Part shown: piece after piece, positions 57,751-64,000 of the stretch
How the letters are laid out: every line of letters begins with the position of its first letter
Numbering within the stretch: the stretch's first letter is position 1
NCBI GenBank assembly: GCA_040901985.1
Contig: JBBDYC010000008.1
Span: 240,490-304,489, forward strand
Source of the DNA: Gemmatimonadaceae bacterium
GTDB taxonomy: Bacteria > Gemmatimonadota > Gemmatimonadetes > Gemmatimonadales > Gemmatimonadaceae
Length of the DNA stretch: 64,000 nt
Reading direction: 5' to 3'
Translations under genes and position numbers: made by a program
The notes under the pieces: generated by a model
Seen by the model: the letters and a program-made list of their open reading frames with translations, nothing else
The model's database searches: none
What the model was told of the DNA's origin: nothing

Positions 57751-58362
57751 CTACTGCCTGACCCAGGTGCCCCGGAAGTCCCGCGTCACCTGATACACGA
57801 GGCGGTCCACTAGCCAGCCGTAGGCGTCATCGGGATCTTGCGCGCCGAACTCCACCTCCCCGTCCACGAGAGAGACGCCGGCAATCCGCTCCCGGAGCTG
57901 CCCCGACCGGCTCCAGAGCGTGGCACCGGACTCGGTGGACAGCAGCCGCGCGGTGAGCGCCACGTCCGCGTCAATGGACACGCGGAGGCCACCGAGGACT
58001 GACGCGCGCGTCTTGGCGTTGGAGACGACCACGTGTCCGACGACGACACTGCGCACGCCGTGCTCCTCGCCAATCCGCCGCGCGGCCGCCGCGTCCATCG
58101 GGCCCGCGACCACGCCCAGCTCGAGGATCTCGCTGCCCGGCTGCGCGGCGAGCAGCTGCTGGACGAATCGCCGGGTCGCGACCGTCGCCAGCGCGCCGCG
58201 CGTTCCCTCGGAGGTAAAGGTCACGAGCCCGATCCGCGCGTGGGGCGCAAGCTCGACGATCGGCGGGAGCAGGACGCGCTTGCTCCGGCAGCCGGCAAGG
58301 GCGAACCCGGCAAGCAGGACGATGCCAACGGTGCGGACGGACCGCCTGGCGCGAACGCGCAT
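57751..58362 (-). CDS. Lipoprotein (CsgG/TolB-N-like fold suggested)
   Basis: Lipobox LAGC; ARLLSTESGATLWS. Confidence 0.7.
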   Translation of the reverse strand: MRVRARRSVRTVGIVLLAGFALAGCRSKRVLLPPIVELAPHARIGLVTFTSEGTRGALATVATRRFVQQLLAAQPGSEILELGVVAGPMDAAAARRIGEEHGVRSVVVGHVVVSNAKTRASVLGGLRVSIDADVALTARLLSTESGATLWSRSGQLRERIAGVSLVDGEVEFGAQDPDDAYGWLVDRLVYQVTRDFRGTWVRQ

Positions 58363-58390
58363 CGCAATCTCCGGAGGAGTGGGTCGCCGT

Positions 58391-58432
58391 GAAAATGAAC
58401 GCGCCGACGCAGTTCTGCCAGCGTCGGCGCGT
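58391..58432 (-). terminator. Probable intrinsic terminator
   Basis: 12-bp stem ACGCGCCGACGC/GCGTCGGCGCGT followed by TCATTTTC on the minus strand; second 9-bp hairpin at 58447-58467. Confidence 0.65.
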
Positions 58433-58480
58433 CCACCTTCCGTTTACGGCCCTGCAGCGCAGGGCCGCAATGGCCGTGCG

Positions 58481-59110
58481 TTACTCAGTTGGCGGCGTCG
58501 CCGTGAGGACCGGCGTCATCGCCCAGATCCCCGAGCCGCCCGCGACCTGCCCGAAGCTCTGCGAGACGTCGAAGTCAATCACGAGGGTTACGGTCTCGTC
58601 CTCATTGATCACGATCGCGTCGCCCGGCAGCGTCACCTTGAGCCCGGTCTGGGCGAAGCTCGGCATCTGGAGCGTGCCGTTCACGGTGGCACCCGCGGGA
58701 AGTCCTGCGTACGTCGACGACGAGGCGTAGAGGAGCTTCGAACCGCCCTCCTGCTCGACCTCGATGTAGGCGCCGCTGATCACGAACCGGAGCTGCGTGT
58801 ACGTCCCGACAGGGATCGTGAAGCCGGCGATCAGCCCCTGCGTGTCGTCCACCAGGGTCAGGAGGTTGGTGGTGACGTCGTCGTCGCGGAGGATGATGCG
58901 ACCGGCGTCCGAATCCTCGGAGGGCTGGAGGTAAATCTGGTCAATGGTGACCACGGCGGTCACGACGTCACCCGGGGCGTCGGTGAGGAGGAGCGTGAGT
59001 TCACCGGTGCGGAGGGCGGTCGGCGAGTCGCACGACGCAAAGCCAACCACGGACATCGCGGCGACGAACCCGGCGAGCAGTCGGCCACGGAGAGCACGGA
59101 ACGGAATCAT
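58481..59110 (-). CDS. DUF4382-domain lipoprotein
   Basis: Lipobox FASC; LLTDAP, GTYTQLRF, IDFDVSQSF, MTPVL. Confidence 0.88.
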   Translation of the reverse strand: MIPFRALRGRLLAGFVAAMSVVGFASCDSPTALRTGELTLLLTDAPGDVVTAVVTIDQIYLQPSEDSDAGRIILRDDDVTTNLLTLVDDTQGLIAGFTIPVGTYTQLRFVISGAYIEVEQEGGSKLLYASSSTYAGLPAGATVNGTLQMPSFAQTGLKVTLPGDAIVINEDETVTLVIDFDVSQSFGQVAGGSGIWAMTPVLTATPPTE

Positions 59111-59235
59111 CTGTGAATACCTCTGTCTTGGGGATATGGCGCAGCACGAGCTGCCGCCCCTTCACTACCCCCGACTGCAGGCACCCGCGGCGGCGTCACA
59201 TCGGCGTCGTTAGAGCTCAACGCGTCGGCGCACGC

Positions 59236-61875
59236 TCAGTCGAGCAGGCCGTTGACCGCCGCGATCAGCGTGGCCGTGCCGAACGGCTTCTGGAGGTACC
59301 GGACGCGGGCGTCGGCGGGGAGATCGCCGTGGTTCTCGGCGCGATCGTACCCGCTTGCGATCACCACCGGCAGGTCGGGACGCTCGGCGCGCAGGATCGC
59401 CAGCACCTCGGCGCCACCCATCCGCGGCATCGTGAGGTCGAGCACCACGAGGTCCACGTCGTCGGGGGACTCTCGGTAGACTTCGAGGCCTCGCAGTCCG
59501 TCCTCGGCCTCCAGCACGCTGAACCCGACCTGCTCGAGGGCGCGCCGGCAGATCCGGCGCAGTGCCGCCTCGTCGTCCACGACGAGGACCGTGCCGCGCC
59601 GCGCCGATGGTACGGCGCCTTCGACGGCGCGGACCTCGGTGTCGGGCGCCGCGACGGCCGGGAGGTAGACGTCGAACGTGGTGCCGACGCCGACCTTGCT
59701 GCTGATCTCGAGCACGCCGCCAGTTGACCGGATGATGCCGTTCACCGCGCTCAAGCCAAGGCCGCGTCCCGAGGCCTTGGTGGAAAAGAAGGGATCGAAG
59801 ATGCGGCGCTGGATCTCGCCGGCAATCCCGCGGCCGGTATCGCTGACGCGCACGTGGATCCAGCCGGCCGCCGAGGCCGCCCGTGGCTCAGACGCTGGCG
59901 GTGGCTCGCCCGCCGCCGCACGGAGGGTGATCGTTCCCTCCTCGTCGCCGATCGCCTCGGCCGCATTCGTGAGGAGGTTCAGCGCCACCTGCGAGAGCTG
60001 TGCCGGGTCAATGCCCACCCAGAGCGGGGTTTCCATTGGCACGACGTCAAACGTGATCTTCTTGGAATGCCCGGCACGGACGAGCGCCACCATATCGCGG
60101 AGCACGGGCCGAAGGTCGGTCGCCTCACTGCGCAGACTGGCCCGGCCGGCGTAGGCGAGCATCTGCCGCGTCAACTCGGCGGCGCGCCGCGTCGCCACCG
60201 CAATCTGGTCGAGCGCCTGACGCACTTCCTCGGGGTCGTCGGCCGCCGCGCGCGCGAGGTCCACGTTCCCCAGCACCACGCCAAGGATGTTGTTGAAGTC
60301 GTGCGCGATCCCGCCCGCCATGATGCCGAGACTCTCGAGCTTCTGCGCCTGCTGCACGCCCGCATCGCGATGGCGGCGCTCCTCCTCGGCGCGGGCCCGT
60401 TCGGTGAGGTCGGTCGCGACGAGTCCGAACGCGTAGACCTCGCCCGCCTTGACGCGGAGCGGGAAGATCACCGCCTGCCACGTATGCGGATCAGCCGGGG
60501 TCCCGAGGGTGATCTCGGTCTCGCTGTGCGTCCCCTCGAACTGGGCGCGATCGAACGCCGCCTGGAGTGCCGCGGACGCCGCCGTGGGGAGGGTGTCCGC
60601 AAGGCGGGTCCCGATGAGCGACCCGTGCGCCCGTCCGACCGCCGACTCGTAGCGGCGGTTGGCGAGCCGAATCCGCCGGTCGAGGCCGACCACCACGACA
60701 ATCGTCGTGGCGTTGTCCACGACGTCCTGGAGCAGGGCGCGGCTTGCCTGCGCGGCGTCGAGCGCGCCCCGGGTGGCCGACACCTGCGACTGCAACTCGT
60801 CGTAGAGCGCGCGGAGGCGTCGGGTCATCTCGTTGAACGCCGACGCCAGCCGTCCGACCTCGTCCACGCCGCCGACCGGTGCCGTCGCCGAGAAGTCGCC
60901 GCCGGCGACCGCTTCGGCCGCCGCCGTGACCGCGATGACCGGTCGCATCACGTGACGGGAGATCGCAATCACGCCGAAGGTCAGCAGCCCGGCCAGCAGG
61001 AGGCCGGTCACGAGGGCGTTCCGGAGCAGTCGGCGCGCCGGCGCAAAGACCTCGTCGCTCGGCGACTCGAGGACGAGCGCCAGCTCGAGCTCCGGCAGCC
61101 AGCGCCAGACGCCGACGACCGGACGTCCGCGGTAATCGGGGTAGAGTCCGGCGCCGGACTCTCCGGCCAGCGCCCGGTCAATTGCCTCGCTGTGCACGCC
61201 CCGCGCGTGCTCGGCGCTCCCGAACCGCTCGGCCGAGACGAACTCTGCGAACCGGTTCACCACGTACGCGTCGAGCGCGACCTCACTCTCGCGCCCCTTG
61301 AGCACCCGCTCCATCTCGGTGAGGTCGAGGTGCGCGGCCAGCACGGCGGTGACGGCGCTGTCCGGGCCGTAGACCGGCGTTGCGACGGTCATCGTCGGGC
61401 GTCCCGTGACGCCGGAGGGGTAGATCGTCTGCGTGAAGGTCGCGTGGCGTCCTTCCTGGTAGTAGAGCTGGTCCACCGCGTAGGTGTCGAGGCGGGCGCG
61501 GTCGGAGGAGCGAATGATCCGCCCGCCGGGCACGGTCAGGAGGTTGACCTCGGTCGCCGCGAGGAGGGTTGGGTCAAGGAGCGCGATCCCTCGCCGGCCG
61601 GTCGGCCCGCCCTCCGGGAGGAGTGCGGCGGCCCGCGTATTGGTCAACTCGGCGATCAACTTGATGGCCGCCCGCTGGCGATAGTGCCACGCCGAGAGCT
61701 GATCGGCGTCCTGCGCGGCAAAGATCTCGAGCCGTTCGATGAACCGCTGGCGCAACGCGTTCTCGGCGGCGCGGTACGAGACCAACGTCGCGATCAACAC
61801 CGTTCCCACGGCCAGCGAGAGGAACGCCGCGCTGAGGCGGACCGCAAGACTCCGGCGGAAGAGCTGGCTGATCAC
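59236..61875 (-). CDS. Hybrid histidine kinase (TM-Cache-TM-HAMP-PAS-HisKA-HATPase-REC)
   Basis: YPDYRGRPVVG Cache-like; DEVGRLASAFNEM; AGGIAHDFNN; FFSTK; receiver domain; GTGA overlap. Confidence 0.92.
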   Translation of the reverse strand: MISQLFRRSLAVRLSAAFLSLAVGTVLIATLVSYRAAENALRQRFIERLEIFAAQDADQLSAWHYRQRAAIKLIAELTNTRAAALLPEGGPTGRRGIALLDPTLLAATEVNLLTVPGGRIIRSSDRARLDTYAVDQLYYQEGRHATFTQTIYPSGVTGRPTMTVATPVYGPDSAVTAVLAAHLDLTEMERVLKGRESEVALDAYVVNRFAEFVSAERFGSAEHARGVHSEAIDRALAGESGAGLYPDYRGRPVVGVWRWLPELELALVLESPSDEVFAPARRLLRNALVTGLLLAGLLTFGVIAISRHVMRPVIAVTAAAEAVAGGDFSATAPVGGVDEVGRLASAFNEMTRRLRALYDELQSQVSATRGALDAAQASRALLQDVVDNATTIVVVVGLDRRIRLANRRYESAVGRAHGSLIGTRLADTLPTAASAALQAAFDRAQFEGTHSETEITLGTPADPHTWQAVIFPLRVKAGEVYAFGLVATDLTERARAEEERRHRDAGVQQAQKLESLGIMAGGIAHDFNNILGVVLGNVDLARAAADDPEEVRQALDQIAVATRRAAELTRQMLAYAGRASLRSEATDLRPVLRDMVALVRAGHSKKITFDVVPMETPLWVGIDPAQLSQVALNLLTNAAEAIGDEEGTITLRAAAGEPPPASEPRAASAAGWIHVRVSDTGRGIAGEIQRRIFDPFFSTKASGRGLGLSAVNGIIRSTGGVLEISSKVGVGTTFDVYLPAVAAPDTEVRAVEGAVPSARRGTVLVVDDEAALRRICRRALEQVGFSVLEAEDGLRGLEVYRESPDDVDLVVLDLTMPRMGGAEVLAILRAERPDLPVVIASGYDRAENHGDLPADARVRYLQKPFGTATLIAAVNGLLD

Positions 61876-63038
61876 GGACGCGGTTCGGCGTGTGCGCGAA
61901 GCCGGGTGGAGTCCGGATGCACCTCGAGGAGGACCGCCCCGCGGATCGGGTCGCCGGTGCCGCGGAAGTCGTACCGGGCCAACGCCCCATCCCACGCCCC
62001 GAGACGCCGGAGGGTGTCGGAGAGTGCCGGGCCGCTGCGGCTCCCCGAGCGTGACGCGGCCTCGGCGGCGAGGATCACCGCGTCGTACGTCGCGGCAGCC
62101 GTCGCGTACGGCGGGACTCCCGGGTACCGGGCGGTCCACGCGGCGACGAATGCGCGCAGCGCCGCTCGGTCCCCGCGGCGATCCCAGTTGGCCACGACAA
62201 TCGACCCCACGGCGTCATCGCGCGACGAGAGCGTCTGCAGTTCCCAGGCGTCGGTGCCGAGGAACCGACCGCGGAATCCCAGCGCGCGGGCCACCCCGAT
62301 CTGCGCCGAGTCGTGGACGATGAAACTCGGCAACAGGATCGCGTCCGGACGCCGCTGCAGGATGCGGCGCAGTTGCGGCGCGTGGTCGCGCGGGTCGTCG
62401 GTGTCAAAGGTCTCGATGCTGACCAGCCGCCCGCCCAGCGCCTCGAGCGTCTCGCGGAAGAGCCGCGTGACCTCGCGGCCGTAGGGACTGGCGGCGTCGT
62501 GCAGCGCGGCGGCACGGCGCACGCCCAGTGAGTCGAAGGCGAATCGCGCGAGCACCTCACCCTGCACCGCATCCACGAAGGCGAGCCGCGTGACCATCCG
62601 CCGTCCGGCGGTGACGGCAGGGTTCGACGCCATCGGCGTGATCATCGGGATCTCGGAGACCTCGGCGACCGGCGCCGCCGCCACGGCGAGGTTGCTCGTC
62701 TGCGGGCCAATCAGGACATCCACCGAATCGAGGTTGATCAACGCGCGCGCCGCCACTGCGGCCGCATCGGGCCGGTTCGCCGTCCGCCGCTCGATCAACA
62801 CGACGCGATGTCGGCGACCGTTGATCAGCACGCCCCCGGCGGCGTTGAGCTGTTCGACCGCGAGGTCGGCGCCCCGGCGTCCGGGAATCCCCGACGACGC
62901 CTCCATCGTCCCGTCGTAGGATCCAATCAGCCCCAGCCTGAACTCCGCCGCCGGTTGTTCGCAGCCGCCCGTCAGGAGCGCCGCGGCGAGCGCAAGGCCC
63001 GCGGCAATCCGCCCGCGAGAACACACGCGGAGGGTCAC
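61872..63038 (-). CDS. LivJ/K-type (branched-chain amino acid family) substrate-binding lipoprotein
   Basis: Lipobox TGGC; LAVEQLNAAGGV, IGPQTS, DAVQG, YDAV. Confidence 0.9.
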   Translation of the reverse strand: MTLRVCSRGRIAAGLALAAALLTGGCEQPAAEFRLGLIGSYDGTMEASSGIPGRRGADLAVEQLNAAGGVLINGRRHRVVLIERRTANRPDAAAVAARALINLDSVDVLIGPQTSNLAVAAAPVAEVSEIPMITPMASNPAVTAGRRMVTRLAFVDAVQGEVLARFAFDSLGVRRAAALHDAASPYGREVTRLFRETLEALGGRLVSIETFDTDDPRDHAPQLRRILQRRPDAILLPSFIVHDSAQIGVARALGFRGRFLGTDAWELQTLSSRDDAVGSIVVANWDRRGDRAALRAFVAAWTARYPGVPPYATAAATYDAVILAAEAASRSGSRSGPALSDTLRRLGAWDGALARYDFRGTGDPIRGAVLLEVHPDSTRLRAHAEPRP

Positions 63039-63418
63039 GGCGTCTGGCAGACGCTGAGCAGCATCTCGCTCACCTCAAGCGCACGCACCGAATGGGCCTG
63101 CCCCGGCGCGAGCGAGACCAGTTCGCCCGGGCCGAGTTGCATCTCCTCGTCCCCGACGGTGACCGAGAGGCGTCCCGACAGCACGTGGATCGTCACCTCG
63201 CCCTCGGTGCGATGCTCCTTGAGGTGTCCGTCCTTCTCGAACACGAAGAGAATCAGTCCCACCGGGCCGCGGCGGACGAGCGCCACCTGCCGATGGCCGG
63301 CCACCGGCGCGTGCGGTTCGGCGCGCAGTTGCGCCGCCGCCTCAGCCAGCGCGATTCGCTGCATGGGCGCGGCGAGCCGTTCCTTCGGGTGCGTGCGGAG
63401 TCGGTCGTCGGTGCTCAT
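63035..63418 (-). CDS. Cupin-domain protein
   Basis: KEHRTEGEVTIHVLSG, PGQAHSVRA. Confidence 0.88.
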   Translation of the reverse strand: MSTDDRLRTHPKERLAAPMQRIALAEAAAQLRAEPHAPVAGHRQVALVRRGPVGLILFVFEKDGHLKEHRTEGEVTIHVLSGRLSVTVGDEEMQLGPGELVSLAPGQAHSVRALEVSEMLLSVCQTP

Positions 63419-63445
63419 CGTCGGGTCTCCGGGCGGTGGGAGGAG

Positions 63446-63961
63446 CTACGCGGGCGGAAAGTGCGGACCCGCCGTCTCGCCGCGCGGGTCCACGTCCCGC
63501 TGGAATCGCACGGCGACCGACACGCTGTCCGGTCCGACGTAAGATGCCTCATACACACTCAATCGGTCAGGCAGATGCTCGATCAGGACGACGGTGGCGG
63601 GGTGGCCGACGTCGCCGAGCCCGACGCGCATCGTGAGGCCGCCGAGTTGCAGGCGCTGGGCGTACACGTAGGTGCGCCGTCCGTCGGGCGCCTCGACGTA
63701 CACCTGCCACGGCTGCCCGTCGTCCCAGGCCGGCTGTCCGCGGATCAGCTCGACCCGCGCGGTGAGGACCACGCGCATCGGCGCGCCGCTTCCAGTGAGG
63801 TTACCCTCTGCGACCCGGACATAGTTCCAGCCGTCGGCGCCGGCCACCGCGGCCGGGATTGCCGGATCCACCAGTTGCACCGTCGGTTCGGCGACGATGG
63901 CGTCGTCGCCACAGGCCGCAACGACCATTGCCATCGCGCCCAGTCGGCCCCACCTGACCAT
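63446..63961 (-). CDS. Hypothetical lipoprotein
   Basis: GGAGAGG RBS; lipobox VAAC; WDDGQ.W motif. Confidence 0.7.
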   Translation of the reverse strand: MVRWGRLGAMAMVVAACGDDAIVAEPTVQLVDPAIPAAVAGADGWNYVRVAEGNLTGSGAPMRVVLTARVELIRGQPAWDDGQPWQVYVEAPDGRRTYVYAQRLQLGGLTMRVGLGDVGHPATVVLIEHLPDRLSVYEASYVGPDSVSVAVRFQRDVDPRGETAGPHFPPA

Positions 63962-64000
63962 TTGCCTCTCCGGTTCGTGTGTCGGACTGGTACCCCGAAG

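Overview
Very GC-rich bacterial chromosomal window. Its gene content (several Ser/Thr kinase-TPR receptors, DUF4097 arrays, ECF sigma factors, an Oar-type TonB receptor) suggests Gemmatimonadota, which is an inference. I can support about 62 CDS and saw no rRNA, tRNA, CRISPR array, integrase or transposase. Blocks in order: (1) cardiolipin synthase end, SSS symporter, arginase and a TIGR00300-type putative ornithine cyclodeaminase; (2) ECF sigma/anti-sigma with three DUF4097 genes; (3) a large TaqI/Eco57I-like adenine methyltransferase coupled to a frameshifted SNF2-like helicase; (4) a four-gene operon of metzincin lipoprotein, Ig lipoprotein, Ser/Thr kinase-TPR receptor and a 67-aa membrane-anchored Pro-rich peptide, closed by a perfect 18-bp hairpin; (5) an Mla/Pqi-type ABC operon; (6) a ~12-kb island (31.8-43.5 kb) of redox and transport genes in which every transcription unit is preceded by the same ECF-type motif AAC-N14/15-CGKMTTG, including the island's own ECF/zinc anti-sigma pair; (7) a signalling cluster with a HisKA-REC-Ser/Thr kinase fusion, a second TPR kinase coupled to a small secreted protein, and a solute-binding protein coupled to a histidine kinase. 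The strongest novelty candidates are the island regulon, the protease-kinase-peptide operon and the MTase-helicase pair. RTCGAY also appears to be avoided outside the island. All family calls come from motif recognition by eye; no searches were run.
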